DNA of 59,967 bases, filler included. It is 4 parts of 4 records of this genome, joined end to end, with 100 filler letters (N's around TTAATTAATTAA, not from the genome) between each part and the next. Parts side by side here need not be neighbours in the genome. Positions count along the whole stretch, not along the records: positions 41,099 to 59,967 come from DRR723986_10548; 3 more parts are not named here. The stretch is one strand, 5' to 3'. Positions 41,161 through 52,028 of this stretch are shown here, one piece after another (the first letter of the stretch is position 1; each line of letters begins with the position of its first letter). The translations under genes and the position numbers were made by a program. Below the pieces are notes generated by a model. It was not told where the DNA came from. It searched no databases and worked only from the letters and a program-made list of their open reading frames with translations.

Positions 41161-42138
41161 TCAACCAATAAAGTTGAACAAGGTCAACTGCGAGGTGCTC
41201 GCAAAGCTCTGCTGCGCAGCCTGAAGCTGCAATTGCCCCTGCGACAGCTCGCTGATGGCCTTCGCATAATCCAGTCCCACCGCCTCGCCTGCAACACGCT
41301 CAAGTTCCAGCTGGGCAGCTTGGTTGATTTGCTGCAGCGTTTCAACTTCGCGCAAGCGAACACCCACCTTGGTGCGGGAAATTTGAACTTGATCAAAAAT
41401 CTCGTCGAGCTGAGCACCCTTGTTGTTGAATGCTTTCAAGTAGGTGTCTTGCGGTGTGGCGCCCTCTTGCCCATTGGGGTAGGCAGGATTCCGCAGCAAG
41501 GCCACTGCATCGCGAAGAATCGCAAAAGCGTCTTCGTTGGTATTCGGGTCAACAAATGCATCTTGCCCGGTAATGCTCAGGTTCACAAAACGACCGCTTG
41601 CCACTTGAATTTCACGACCGGTCACTGCCTCACCGGCTGCCGCAGTGGTGGTTTCCAAAAATGTGCCTGTGATCGCGCCGCCAGGTGTCTGGAATGGCTC
41701 CCGATCCTGGAAAGTGCCGGAGAACATGTAGTAACCATTGGCATCGGTGCGGTTGGCGATACCACGCAATTCTTCCATGCGTCCTTCGATGTCCTGGGCA
41801 ATAATTTCACGGTCGGCTGGGCTAAGCGCGGCATTACCTGCCTGAAGGAATGCCTCCTTGATAGAGACCATGATGTCAGAGGCAGACTGCAAGGCCACAT
41901 CCATTTGACCCAACTGGTTGTTCACATAGGTGATGTTGCTTTGGTAGCTGTCCAGCGTTTTAACACCCGCCTTCGCACCCAAGGCAACCGACATGGCCAA
42001 AGGGTCATCCGATGGCTTCAGCACACGTTGCCCGGTGGCCAGCTGACCCTGTAATTTCACCAGCTCAGTTTGCTGTTTGCTCATGCGGTCTGTGCTGAGC
42101 TTGAAGTACTGGTTGGTGCTGATTCTTCCGATTGCCAT
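41161..42138 (-). CDS. flgL: Flagellar hook-associated protein 3
   Basis: RIST, TGQRVLKPSDDP, LDYAKAIS, LTLFNFI; follows flgK. Confidence 0.95.
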   Translation of the reverse strand: MAIGRISTNQYFKLSTDRMSKQQTELVKLQGQLATGQRVLKPSDDPLAMSVALGAKAGVKTLDSYQSNITYVNNQLGQMDVALQSASDIMVSIKEAFLQAGNAALSPADREIIAQDIEGRMEELRGIANRTDANGYYMFSGTFQDREPFQTPGGAITGTFLETTTAAAGEAVTGREIQVASGRFVNLSITGQDAFVDPNTNEDAFAILRDAVALLRNPAYPNGQEGATPQDTYLKAFNNKGAQLDEIFDQVQISRTKVGVRLREVETLQQINQAAQLELERVAGEAVGLDYAKAISELSQGQLQLQAAQQSFASTSQLTLFNFIG

Positions 42139-42158
42139 AATTTTTCCTTGAAATCCGA

Positions 42159-43892
42159 TCAGAACATGCTGAGGATTTGGTCAAACAATTCTTTGGACAA
42201 TGAAATTACGCGTCCTGATGCCTGGTAGGCCTGCTGAAACTTGATCAAATTCGCGGCCTCTTCGTCCATGTTCACGCCTTGCAAGGCATCGCGGGAATCA
42301 GCCACCTGATTCAATACGGTTTCGCGCGACTCTGCAGCCAAATTGAATTCGCGAGTTTTGTTGCCAACACGGCTGACCAACTGATTAAAACCATCCGAGA
42401 TGGATACGCCAGCCGAGTTGTTGGACTGAAACAGCGTGCGCGAGTTTTGCAAGGCAGCCACCGCCAGAATGTTCTCGTTGTTACCTACACTGGGGTTGGT
42501 TGCCGAAGAGGCAGCCACCTCGGAAGGCCGGTCAATCGCAGTACGCATGTTCAACGCGGCTTCGCGCACAGGCATCAACACGAAGCGATCACCTTCCTGG
42601 GGTGTGGCGTTGTTCAATTGAAAACTGAGCAAAGGAGCACCGGCTGGGTCGCGAATCTCGTAGTAGTCACCACCGGGATCGGTCACCAGGCTGGCTGGAA
42701 CAAATGGACCGTCCGAGCCCACCTCGCGGTAGCGGGGCTGGCTGCCAACAATTTGGACCTCGTACTCGGCAGGGCCGAGTTTGGACAAATCAAGACCACG
42801 CAAGGTGACTTGCGTGGGGTTGACCGTGCTGTTGTTCACATTGGGAACAACGCGGGAGATATCGTCAATAAAATTGCCACTGCTGCCAAAACTGAACAGT
42901 GCACTGGCAGGGTTATTGTCCAGATCTACACCGGCAGTTTGAATGTTGTTCACAGCCTGACCGATGCGCGCAGCCAGCAAACCAATGGTGTTTTGGTATT
43001 CGGTCAGCTCGTCTTCACGAAAACTTAAAAAACCAGCCAAGGCGCCATTGCCCAAACTGCCGGAATCAAACGCCAACAAACGGTCTTGCCCATTGACTTT
43101 GGTGTTCATACCAACCAACAGATTTTGTGGATCTTGAGGGTCCACCTGCGTTTGGACTTTGAACTGGGTGGTGCCTACAACCAATGACTGACCATTGGCC
43201 AAAAACAGATTGGTCGAACCATCAGCCATGTCCACACGTGTGGTTTGCACCTGCTCGGACAACTGCAATATCAATTTGTCCCTGCGGTCCATCAAATCAT
43301 TGGGTGGACCACCATTGGATGTCTGGTTCAGTGCCGTCACGATCTGGTTGTTCAAAGAGGCAATTTGCGAGGTCGCATTGTTCAGTTGCTCGACCGTGTC
43401 ACGTACCTTCAAATTGGTGGCGTTGCGCAGTTCGTCCATGACCGTGTTCAGGCCGTTGAAACGCGAACTCAGGGTTTCAGCAGAGGACAAATAGTTTTGA
43501 CGTGCAGCCAGATCAGCCGGGTTGGTTGACAGGGTTTGAGCGGCACCAAAAAAGATGCTCAGCGCACTGGACAGGCCAGAGGCATCATCCGCGATCATCG
43601 CGTCGACACGCGCAATTTGCTGGGCCTTGGCATTGTAAAAAGCCGCGTCAGAGGTGGCTTTTTGCTCTTGCGCATTGATGAAATCGGAATACACCCGCTG
43701 CACGGATGCAATATCAACACCTTGCCCGATATAGCCAATGTCGCTGCCCGTTGAGGGGCGCGACTGTTGGATCACCTGCTGGCGATTAAAACCAACGGTG
43801 TTGCTGTTCGCGATGTTGTGCGAGGTGGTGGATAGCCCTGCCCGGGCTGCATTCAAGCCGCTGAGCGCAATTCCATAGACCGAGTTCGACAT
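42159..43892 (-). CDS. flgK: Flagellar hook-associated protein 1
   Basis: SGLNAA..SHNIANSNTVGFNRQ, GVNMDEEAANLIKFQQAYQAS. Confidence 0.96.
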   Translation of the reverse strand: MSNSVYGIALSGLNAARAGLSTTSHNIANSNTVGFNRQQVIQQSRPSTGSDIGYIGQGVDIASVQRVYSDFINAQEQKATSDAAFYNAKAQQIARVDAMIADDASGLSSALSIFFGAAQTLSTNPADLAARQNYLSSAETLSSRFNGLNTVMDELRNATNLKVRDTVEQLNNATSQIASLNNQIVTALNQTSNGGPPNDLMDRRDKLILQLSEQVQTTRVDMADGSTNLFLANGQSLVVGTTQFKVQTQVDPQDPQNLLVGMNTKVNGQDRLLAFDSGSLGNGALAGFLSFREDELTEYQNTIGLLAARIGQAVNNIQTAGVDLDNNPASALFSFGSSGNFIDDISRVVPNVNNSTVNPTQVTLRGLDLSKLGPAEYEVQIVGSQPRYREVGSDGPFVPASLVTDPGGDYYEIRDPAGAPLLSFQLNNATPQEGDRFVLMPVREAALNMRTAIDRPSEVAASSATNPSVGNNENILAVAALQNSRTLFQSNNSAGVSISDGFNQLVSRVGNKTREFNLAAESRETVLNQVADSRDALQGVNMDEEAANLIKFQQAYQASGRVISLSKELFDQILSMF

Positions 43893-43922
43893 AATTCAGG
43901 ATCCTTTGGTGTCTTGAACGAC

Positions 43923-44336
43923 TTAACGGTCGGTTTTCGGGAAAGTTGAGGGCAAGTCCTTTTTTACCTGTCCTGCTGGGAAGATAGTTTGCTCCCCTCC
44001 CACGCCGGCACCTGCCTTCAGCTGCCTTGCAATTTCACCCGCCAAACCCAAACCCTTGCCCGACAATTTTTGAACCAGTTCCTGGTCGTACATGCCTTGG
44101 TAAGTTTTGGTGCTGGAATCGGTGAACAAGCCACCCTCAGGCGTGGCATCCCGCATACTCTTCAAAGCCATTTGTAAAAATATAGACTCGAACTGAACAG
44201 CCACTTTGTCGATTGCCGCATTGAATTCCTCGCTGCCACGCTCTGCGCGTGCGCCACGCTTCAAACCCTCTAGGCTGCGGGAGTCCATCGACAGCATTTG
44301 TTGGGTGTCTACCGGGTTGTTCGACAATGGCGTCAT
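43923..44336 (-). CDS. flgJ: Flagellar rod assembly protein, rod-binding domain only
   Basis: QFESIFLQMALKSMRDA, MYDQEL, GLGLAGEIARQL; 137 aa, no muramidase domain. Confidence 0.9.
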   Translation of the reverse strand: MTPLSNNPVDTQQMLSMDSRSLEGLKRGARAERGSEEFNAAIDKVAVQFESIFLQMALKSMRDATPEGGLFTDSSTKTYQGMYDQELVQKLSGKGLGLAGEIARQLKAGAGVGGEQTIFPAGQVKKDLPSTFPKTDR

Positions 44337-45482
44337 TTAGATCACCTCAAGTTCAGCTTTCAGACTGCCTGCGGTTTGCATGGCCTGCAAGATGGAGATC
44401 AGGTCGCTGGGGGTTGCACCCAAGGCGTTCAGCGCTTTGACCACATCCGACAATTGCGCAGCGCCCTTGATTTCAATCAGCTCGCCACCGGCCTCGGATA
44501 TTTGAATATCCGCCACCTCGGTGACCACAGTTTCACCTTGACCAAACGGTGCTGGCTGCGAGATCACCGGTGTGGACGAGATTTTTACGGTGAGGTTGCC
44601 GTGCGCGACAGCGCAGTTTTCCAACATCACCGCCTGGTTCATCACGACAGAACCCGTGCGCGCATTCACAATCACTTTGGCGCTGCCCATGGCTTTGTTG
44701 ATGCTCAGTTCCTGAATGCGCGATAAAAACGCCACGCGGTCGTTGGGGTTGGAAGGTGCACGAACCTTGATGGTGCGGCCATCCAGCGCTTGGGCCACAT
44801 TCGGGCCCATGTTGTTATTGATCGCCTCGGCCACGCGAATGGCGTTGGAGAAATCGGTGCTGGTCAACTCCAGCTGAAGCGTTTCGCCCAGCAGGAATGG
44901 AGACGCTACTTCACGTTCAACCAGGGCACCTGCTGGAATACGGCCTGCAGACAAGTGGTTGATGACGGTTTTGGATCCTCCGGCAGACGCGCCCGCACCA
45001 CCTACGATCAACTGGCCTTGAGCCAGGGCATAGACCTGACCATCGGCACCTTTGAGAGGGGTCATCAGCAACATGCCACCACGCAGGCTTTTTGCATTGC
45101 CGATGGACGAGACTGTCACATCGATCGCTTGACCAGGCTGAGCAAAAGCCGGCAAATTGGCAGTGACCATGACTGAAGCCACGTTTTTCAGCTGCAAGTT
45201 GGCGCCCGGGGGCAAGGTAATGCCTGACTGCTGCAACATGGACACGATGCTTTGACTGGTGAACGGCGTTTGCGTGGTCTGGTCTCCAGTACCATCCAGA
45301 CCAATCACAATGCCATAGCCGTACACCGGGTTGGCGCGTACACCTGAAACCGTGACCAGGTCACGAATTCGGGTTTGAGCCTCTGCCTGCGTACCAAAGG
45401 CCATCACGGCAACGGCGGTTAGCGCCAACACGGCGGCTTTGATGATTCGGTCTTTCAGTTCCGGGAAGGAAATGCGTTTCAT
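44337..45482 (-). CDS. flgI: Flagellar P-ring protein
   Basis: RIRDL..GVRANPVYGYGIVIGLDGTGD, AKSLRGGMLLMTPL. Confidence 0.97.
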   Translation of the reverse strand: MKRISFPELKDRIIKAAVLALTAVAVMAFGTQAEAQTRIRDLVTVSGVRANPVYGYGIVIGLDGTGDQTTQTPFTSQSIVSMLQQSGITLPPGANLQLKNVASVMVTANLPAFAQPGQAIDVTVSSIGNAKSLRGGMLLMTPLKGADGQVYALAQGQLIVGGAGASAGGSKTVINHLSAGRIPAGALVEREVASPFLLGETLQLELTSTDFSNAIRVAEAINNNMGPNVAQALDGRTIKVRAPSNPNDRVAFLSRIQELSINKAMGSAKVIVNARTGSVVMNQAVMLENCAVAHGNLTVKISSTPVISQPAPFGQGETVVTEVADIQISEAGGELIEIKGAAQLSDVVKALNALGATPSDLISILQAMQTAGSLKAELEVI

Positions 45483-45495
45483 GATGTGGTCCAGT

Positions 45496-46185
45496 TCAGA
45501 AAGGCAATACAGTCAGGAAAAAGCGGCTCAGCCAGCCCATGGCTGTGGCAGAGTCCAAGGCACCTTTTCCGCGGTATTCAATACGGGCATCGGCCACCTT
45601 GGTGCTGGGCACCACATTGCCGGGTAAAATCGTGATGGGATTCACCACACCGCTGAATTTCAGATATTCAACTTCGCGATTGGTGCCAATCTGTTTTTCA
45701 CCCACCACCTGCAAATTGCCGTTGGGCAACACACTGGCAACCGTGACGGTAATGGAACCTGTCAAGGTATTCGCGGCGCGGCTGGAGCCTTCGCCAGAGA
45801 AATCTTTGTCGCTGCTCGCGCTGCCGTTGATTGCGCGCAAATCGCGACTGCCAAAGAAGCCCTGAATCAGTGGTACGTCAATACTGGCGGAGTCGCTGCG
45901 GGAGGCACTCATGGAGTTGGTTTGGGCCGCATTGATCTGTTCGATAATTTGAATGGTCAGCGTGTCACCCAGGAATCGGGCTCGCTGGTCCTCGAACAAA
46001 GGGCGATAAGTGGCTGGGCTGTAGAGGCTGCCAGTGGGTGCGGCCATGGCCACCTGAGCTGGTTGCTGAACCAGCTGCGGCACGGTGGTTTGAGCAGGCA
46101 TGTCCACTTTCGGTGCGAAAGTTGAACAAGCCCCTAAAGTTATCGAGAACGCTGCCGTTAAACCGATTAGAACCAATCTTTTCAT
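45496..46185 (-). CDS. flgH: Flagellar L-ring lipoprotein
   Basis: Lipobox LGAC, LFEDQRA..GDTLTI, VPSTKVADARIEY, GWLSRFF; ATG 46185 behind GGAG. Confidence 0.96.
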   Translation of the reverse strand: MKRLVLIGLTAAFSITLGACSTFAPKVDMPAQTTVPQLVQQPAQVAMAAPTGSLYSPATYRPLFEDQRARFLGDTLTIQIIEQINAAQTNSMSASRSDSASIDVPLIQGFFGSRDLRAINGSASSDKDFSGEGSSRAANTLTGSITVTVASVLPNGNLQVVGEKQIGTNREVEYLKFSGVVNPITILPGNVVPSTKVADARIEYRGKGALDSATAMGWLSRFFLTVLPF

Positions 46186-46233
46186 GCCATACACTCCATC
46201 AGAACACCTTCAGTGTGCCCAATGTTTTAAAAA

Positions 46234-47016
46234 TCAAAGCTGAGATAAGCGCTGTAACATCTGGTCTGATGTGGAGATTGCCTTGGAGTTGATTTCATAG
46301 GCACGTTGAGCCTGAATCAGTCCGACCAGTTCTTCCACCACGTTTACGTTGGATGTTTCCACAAAGCCCTGGGAAATGAAGCCAACACCATTGGTGCCTG
46401 CTACAGCCTGAGTAGGAGCGCCAGAAGCTGCCGTTTCAGAGTAAAGGTTCTGACCCATGCTAAACAAGCCGGCCGGGTTTACAAAACTGGCCAACTGAAT
46501 TTGACCAAGCTCCTGCGGTTGAACCTGGCCCTGCACCACTGCGGAAACAACACCATCTTGAGAAATCGAGATTTCCTGGACACCTTGCGGAATGGTGACC
46601 GGGCCAAGAATTGGGTACCCGTTGGAAGTGACCAGCGTACCGTTGGCATCAATCTGAATGCTGCCGTCGCGGGTGTAGCTGGTGGTGCCATCGGGCATTT
46701 GAACCTGAAAAAAGCCCTGACCATTAATGGCCACATCCAGAGTATTGCCGGTTTGCTGCAGATTGCCCTGCGCAAAATTTCGCACGGTAGAAACAGGCTT
46801 TACACCGGTACCAATCTGAAGGCCGGAAGGCACCTGAGTTTGCTCGGTGGTTTGTGCACCGGGCTGTCGAAGTGTTTGATACAGCAAATCTTCGAACACG
46901 GCACGCGAACGTTTGAAGCCATTCGTGGCGGTATTGGCCAGGTTGTTTGAAATCACATCCAGCTGGGTCTGCTGGGCATCCAGGCCTGTTTTTGCAATCC
47001 ACAAAGAACGCATCAT
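46234..47016 (-). CDS. flgG: Flagellar distal rod protein
   Basis: [33 protein letters not shown]; 260 aa. Confidence 0.98.
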   Translation of the reverse strand: MMRSLWIAKTGLDAQQTQLDVISNNLANTATNGFKRSRAVFEDLLYQTLRQPGAQTTEQTQVPSGLQIGTGVKPVSTVRNFAQGNLQQTGNTLDVAINGQGFFQVQMPDGTTSYTRDGSIQIDANGTLVTSNGYPILGPVTIPQGVQEISISQDGVVSAVVQGQVQPQELGQIQLASFVNPAGLFSMGQNLYSETAASGAPTQAVAGTNGVGFISQGFVETSNVNVVEELVGLIQAQRAYEINSKAISTSDQMLQRLSQL

Positions 47017-47030
47017 GATGGGTTTTCTCC

Positions 47031-47768
47031 TTAGTTCATGCCAAACAGGCTGTTGGCGGCCTGGCCGTTTTCTTTGGCCGTGCTGATCATTTTCATTTGG
47101 GTTTCATACTGACGGGCAGCGGTGATCATTTGCACCATCATGTCCACCGCATTCACGTTGCTTGATTCGATAAATCCGCCAGCCACACGCACATTCAAAT
47201 CAGCTTCGGCGGGGTCACCATTGGCGGCGCGAAACAAACCATCGTCGCCCCGGTTGATTTGCTCTTGCGGAATATTCACCAGTTTCAGGCGGCCCAGTTG
47301 AACCACATTGGTGTCGCCACTGATGGGAATGGCAGACACTGAACCATCGCCTTCAAAGGACAGTCGGTGATCGGGTGGTACATTGATGGGGCCGTTGCTG
47401 CCGATGACCGCATAACCTTCCTGGGTCACCAAATTACCCTGCCCATCGAGTTGGAAGGAACCGTTACGGGTGTAAGCCTCGTTGCCTTTCGCGTCGTTGA
47501 CTGCAAACCAGCCTTCGCCTTGAATGGCCACATCCATTTCCCGGCCTGTGGACTGGATTTGTCCTGGTGTGGTGTCAAAGCCAATGCTGGTCTCTACCGC
47601 AAAGCTTCGCGACCCACTGCCCTCGCCGGTGACTGGGGCACTTTGGAATGCCATGAGTTGTTGCCGAAACCCGGGCGTATTGACGTTGGCCAGGTTGTTG
47701 GCAATGTTCTCCTGCCTTGACATCGTGCCTTTGGCGGCTTGGGCAGCCAGAAAAATCAGTTTGTCCAT
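47031..47768 (-). CDS. flgF: Flagellar proximal rod protein
   Basis: [34 protein letters not shown]. Confidence 0.95.
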   Translation of the reverse strand: MDKLIFLAAQAAKGTMSRQENIANNLANVNTPGFRQQLMAFQSAPVTGEGSGSRSFAVETSIGFDTTPGQIQSTGREMDVAIQGEGWFAVNDAKGNEAYTRNGSFQLDGQGNLVTQEGYAVIGSNGPINVPPDHRLSFEGDGSVSAIPISGDTNVVQLGRLKLVNIPQEQINRGDDGLFRAANGDPAEADLNVRVAGGFIESSNVNAVDMMVQMITAARQYETQMKMISTAKENGQAANSLFGMN

Positions 47769-47793
47769 TCTTTCAATCCCGCTTCAGTTCAAA

Positions 47794-49107
47794 TTAACGA
47801 AGGTTGGTGATGGTCTGGAAAATCGAATCCTGGGTTTTAATGGTCTGAGAGTTGGCCTGATAAACGCGCTGTGCGGAGATCATGGCCACCAGTTCAGCCG
47901 TCAAATCAATGTTCGATTCTTCCAGTGCACCCGATTGAATAATGCCGAATGCAGTGTCTGCGCTCAGTGAAACCAATTCTGGACCAGAAGCCTGGGTGGC
48001 AAGCCAGCCGTTGGAACCCACTGGCTGCAAACCTTCTGGGTTGGGGAAACGATACAGACCGATTTGCGCATGGTTGACCAGCTGCCCGTTGGCATAGCTG
48101 ATAGTCAACATGCCATCAGCGCCCACATCAAAGCCCGCAAAAGGTGATGATTCATAACCATCCTGACCCAGGTTTTGCACCACGAACGAGCTACCGTACT
48201 GGGTTGTTCGGCTCATGTCGAAAGTGAACTGATTGGGTGCCAAGCCTGTGGATGAAAATGGCACACCGCTGGCAGTCACAAACCGTGACATGTCCACGGT
48301 CAAGTTACCGCTGTTGGGTGTTGTCAAGAAGCCGTCCACGCCATACTGCAAACTGGCTGAGGTGGATTGGGCCGGGGCAGTGGTCACTGCCACTGGAGCC
48401 TGACCAATGTCCACTTGAGTACCGTCCACTGTAGCGAACACAGACCAGTCATTGGACGCTTCCTTGCGCATGTAAACGGCCATGATGTGCGCACCACCCA
48501 ACTCGTCATACACCGTCATGGAGGTGGAGTTGTTGAAGGTGTTCAAGTTGGCTGGGTCAAACGTCAGCGCAGGGTCAATTGCGGTGGCGCGTGCGTCCAG
48601 GTTCAGTTCCAGGCGACCCGAACGGGTTGCAGCCGGAGGAATACTGCCGCGAGGTACCAGAATATCCTGAGCGACGTCCGATGGCCGTCCGGTGGCTGCA
48701 TCTACAGGAAAGCCCTGCAGCTTGTCGCCACGCGAATTCACAATGACACCTGCGTTATTCAGTGTGAACTGACCGTTACGGGTATAAATATTGTCGCCGT
48801 TGTCAGCCTGTACTTTGAAAAATCCGGTGCCGCTGATGGCCAAATCCAGAGGATTGCCGGTGACGTTGATATTGCCCTGCTTGAAGTTTTGCGTAACCGC
48901 TGCAAGGCTGGTACCCAAGCCAATGCCGTTGGTGGAACGTGCGCCGTTGAAGGCGCGGGCGAATACATCCGAGAACTCTGCCTCTGATCCTTTAAAGCCG
49001 ACCACACTGGCATTGGACACGTTGTTTGCAATGACTTCCAAACCGCGCTGCGCTGCGTTCAGACCACTCAAACCCTGCTGGAAACTACCGCCTGCTGAAA
49101 AAGCCAT
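47794..49107 (-). CDS. flgE: Flagellar hook protein
   Basis: FQQGLSGLNAA, YTRNGQF, SGALEESNIDLTAELVAMISAQRVYQAN. Confidence 0.97.
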   Translation of the reverse strand: MAFSAGGSFQQGLSGLNAAQRGLEVIANNVSNASVVGFKGSEAEFSDVFARAFNGARSTNGIGLGTSLAAVTQNFKQGNINVTGNPLDLAISGTGFFKVQADNGDNIYTRNGQFTLNNAGVIVNSRGDKLQGFPVDAATGRPSDVAQDILVPRGSIPPAATRSGRLELNLDARATAIDPALTFDPANLNTFNNSTSMTVYDELGGAHIMAVYMRKEASNDWSVFATVDGTQVDIGQAPVAVTTAPAQSTSASLQYGVDGFLTTPNSGNLTVDMSRFVTASGVPFSSTGLAPNQFTFDMSRTTQYGSSFVVQNLGQDGYESSPFAGFDVGADGMLTISYANGQLVNHAQIGLYRFPNPEGLQPVGSNGWLATQASGPELVSLSADTAFGIIQSGALEESNIDLTAELVAMISAQRVYQANSQTIKTQDSIFQTITNLR

Positions 49108-49133
49108 GTTTGACTCCTTGAAAAATCTTTGAT

Positions 49134-49805
49134 TTAGAAAACCTGCTTGATGTCAGCGAACGTGATTTCGCTGCCATTGCTGGTTAAAAGTTTGGTGCCT
49201 TCTGCGCCTGCGTTGCGTACGCCCTGAACCACGGAAAGGGTCAGTGGTGTGACGCTGGCGTCTTTGCCTGCTGCTTTTGCTTCAATCTCAAACTTGTAGT
49301 TGCCGGCGGGCAAAGTGCTGCCATCGCTGCTTTTGCCATCCCACTCAAACTCATGTGTACCCTTGGATTGCGGGCCCAGTTCAATGGTGCGCACCACATT
49401 TGCTCCAGCATCGAGCACTTTCACGCGCAAAATATCGGCGCTCTGGTTCAATTCCAGCGATCCAACAGCCTTGCCGTCCACCAGTTTCAGATCATTGCCT
49501 TCGGTCAGCACTGCACGGCCCAGCATGCTGGTGGCTTGTACTGTTTGGTTGGCATTAATCGAGGCGGCCACGCCTTGCATGGTGGCATTCAAGGTGTTGA
49601 TGCCGGTTACGGTATTGAGTTGTGCCATTTGGCTGGTCACTTGGGCATTGTCCATGGGAGCCAGTGGATCCTGGTTTTTCAACTGCGCCACCAACAAGGA
49701 CATAAAACGCTCCTGAATCGCTTCAGGGCTGTTTTCATCAGCCTTCTTTTTTGCTGCCGTGGCGCCGCTGTTGTTGCCCAGTGCGGAAGTTACGTCAATC
49801 GTCAT
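49134..49805 (-). CDS. flgD: Flagellar hook capping protein
   Basis: FMSLLVAQLKNQDPLAPMDN, WDGK. Confidence 0.96.
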   Translation of the reverse strand: MTIDVTSALGNNSGATAAKKKADENSPEAIQERFMSLLVAQLKNQDPLAPMDNAQVTSQMAQLNTVTGINTLNATMQGVAASINANQTVQATSMLGRAVLTEGNDLKLVDGKAVGSLELNQSADILRVKVLDAGANVVRTIELGPQSKGTHEFEWDGKSSDGSTLPAGNYKFEIEAKAAGKDASVTPLTLSVVQGVRNAGAEGTKLLTSNGSEITFADIKQVF

Positions 49806-49818
49806 TTTTCATTGCTCC

Positions 49819-50241
49819 TTACTGGTTGCCCATGTTCAAGGTTTTCAACATCAACTGCTTGGCTGTATTCATTACTTCTGCGTTGGTTTGGTAGCTGCGC
49901 GAGGCGGCCAGCATATCGACCATTTCTTCCACGGCATTCACGTTGGGCATGTACACATACCCGTCTTCGTCGGCCATGGGGTGCTTGGGATCGAACATTT
50001 TTTTGGCCTCGGTTTTGTCTTCCACAATGTCTTTCACCTGCACGTTCTCTGCCAGTGATGCCTTGCCGGGCGCCGCTTTCTGAAGCACTGCTTCAAACAC
50101 CACCTTGCGGGCCTGATACACGGAATTGGGATCGCCGGCTGCGGTGTCGACGTTGGCAAGGTTACTGGCCACCGTGTTCAGGCGCGTGGTTTGCGCCTGC
50201 ATCGCGCCACCTGCCAGTTTGAAAGAATTAAATAGCGACAT
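49819..50241 (-). CDS. flgC: Flagellar rod protein
   Basis: RLNTVASNLAN, HPMADEDGYVYMPNVNAVEEM. Confidence 0.97.
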   Translation of the reverse strand: MSLFNSFKLAGGAMQAQTTRLNTVASNLANVDTAAGDPNSVYQARKVVFEAVLQKAAPGKASLAENVQVKDIVEDKTEAKKMFDPKHPMADEDGYVYMPNVNAVEEMVDMLAASRSYQTNAEVMNTAKQLMLKTLNMGNQ

Positions 50242-50258
50242 GATTGCTCCCCAGACCC

Positions 50259-50711
50259 TTATTGATTGCCCGAACCCATGGCTTGCTTCAGCGATGAAAT
50301 TCTTCCATTGATTGAACGCAAGGCCGCTTCGTACTTCACTGTGTTTTCTGCGAATGCAGCGCGCTCGCGATCAATGTCGACCGAGTTACCGTCGATTGCT
50401 GCGTTGTTGCCACGTCGAAACTGAAGCATCTCTGCGGTGCTCATCCCCACTTTGCCTTTGCCGGTCATGTGGCCCTGATGAGTGACCGCCAGGGCGCCTG
50501 CGCCATTGCCCAATGTTGGATTGGAAGGACTGCCCATGGCCCCCTTCTCGCCAGTGGCTGCTTTCAGAGCACTTTGAAAGTCGAAATCGACTGCTTTGTA
50601 ATTGGGTGTATCTACGTTGGAAATGTTGGAGGTCAATACCTCTTGCCGACGCGCTCTGAGTTTCAGGGCCTCGGCAGAAAACTGCATTGCATCAGTGAGT
50701 TTGTCCAACAT
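50259..50711 (-). CDS. flgB: Flagellar rod protein
   Basis: RQEVLTSNISNVDTPNYKAVDFDF, DGNSVDIDRE. Confidence 0.96.
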   Translation of the reverse strand: MLDKLTDAMQFSAEALKLRARRQEVLTSNISNVDTPNYKAVDFDFQSALKAATGEKGAMGSPSNPTLGNGAGALAVTHQGHMTGKGKVGMSTAEMLQFRRGNNAAIDGNSVDIDRERAAFAENTVKYEAALRSINGRISSLKQAMGSGNQ

Positions 50712-50902
50712 CTTTTAATCCTTCATACACGGACGGATGAATGGATTATTGAATTGATGCTGTCAAATCAAAGTGAAGATAAAGGGGGGAAAGGGTGCTC
50801 TTTTTCTGCTTAGGGTGCAGCAAGCTCCCGCCTAGGATGTTGTCATCGAGGCAGGAATTGTTTCTTACAGTGACATTTACGGCAGAAGTGCCCAGAACTT
50901 GA

Positions 50903-51607
50903 ATGAAATTTCACACTTTTTTTAATATCGCTTTTCAGGTGCTGTTTGGTGCCGGACTTGCACTGACCGGTACGGCACAGGCCAACGGTTCTCGCTGGGT
51001 GACTGAAGCCCAGCTGGGTGAACTGGTCGACCCCGCATTGTTGCCACCCGGCGCAAGTGTGGATGTGAAGTTTGTAAAGGCTGATGAACGCATTGGCAGC
51101 ATGCAATGCCCCGCCGCTTTATTTGCCAATACCGCAGGCAACAAAATGTGGGGCCGCACCTATGTTCGAGTGCAATGTGTAGGCTCGGACACTGCCCCCT
51201 TCTTTGTGGGTGTGGATGTGAAAGTGTGGGCACCCGTACTGGTGGTGAAAAGCACGGTCCAATCCGGTCAAACGCTGGGATTGAATGATGTCGAGTTCAG
51301 AACGATGGATTTAAGCCAGCTAAGCCATGGCTGGGTCAGCGAACTTGCACATTTAAACAACAAAACGGCAGCCCGCCAATTGTGGCCGGGCACCCTGCTG
51401 AAACACGACCACTTGCGTGGGCAAGCCTTGGTGAAAAATGGCGACACCGTGAAAGTCATGATGAAAGGCCCTGGCTTTGCGATCGGTGGCACTGCGGTGG
51501 CCATGGGTGAAGCCGAGTTGGGTGAGGTGGTAAAAATCAAGACTGCACAGGGCAAGATACTTCACGGTGTAGCGCGAGACGCGCTTCTGGTTGAGGTTAG
51601 TTTATAG
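50903..51607 (+). CDS. flgA: P-ring formation chaperone
   Basis: Divergent from flgB; signal peptide; SAF-like C-terminus (LVKNGDTV..G..GEVVKIK). Confidence 0.88.
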   Translation: MKFHTFFNIAFQVLFGAGLALTGTAQANGSRWVTEAQLGELVDPALLPPGASVDVKFVKADERIGSMQCPAALFANTAGNKMWGRTYVRVQCVGSDTAPFFVGVDVKVWAPVLVVKSTVQSGQTLGLNDVEFRTMDLSQLSHGWVSELAHLNNKTAARQLWPGTLLKHDHLRGQALVKNGDTVKVMMKGPGFAIGGTAVAMGEAELGEVVKIKTAQGKILHGVARDALLVEVSL

Positions 51608-51647
51608 GGGTGATTCTCAAAAAGTAGGAATTCTTTCGAGAATTCGT

Positions 51648-51674
51648 TAAAGTTAGGTGGAATCGAGCCGTTAA
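51648..51674 (+). promoter_or_regulatory. Sigma-28 (FliA) promoter of flgMN
   Basis: TAAA-N15-GCCGTTAA versus consensus TAAA-N15-GCCGATAA. Confidence 0.8.
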
Positions 51675-51721
51675 GAAAACATACGAAACCCACTTAGGCT
51701 CTGCCCAATGCGGAGGACATC

Positions 51722-52012
51722 ATGAGTATTAACAGAATAAACCCGGGAAGTAACCCGATCGACAAACTGACCAAACCACAAGGTGGCAGCAAGTCAGCAT
51801 CGGTTGCTTCCACCGAGAAAACCAGTTCTGAAGGCGCTGTAGCCAAGCTTTCAGGACAGTTCAGTGAACTGAGTGCAGCAGGCGCTCCGTTCAATGCCGA
51901 GAAAGTGGCCGAGATCAAAGAGGCCATTAGCAAAGGCGAGTTCAAGGTCAATGCCGAGGCTGTTGCAGCAAAGGTCATTGAAAGTGCTCGCGAGTTGCTT
52001 GGTCAAAAGTAA
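51722..52012 (+). CDS. flgM: Anti-sigma-28 factor
   Basis: FNAEKVAEIKEAISKGEFKVNAEAVA; after flgA. Confidence 0.93.
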   Translation: MSINRINPGSNPIDKLTKPQGGSKSASVASTEKTSSEGAVAKLSGQFSELSAAGAPFNAEKVAEIKEAISKGEFKVNAEAVAAKVIESARELLGQK

Positions 52013-52028
52013 CTGAGGATTGAAGATT

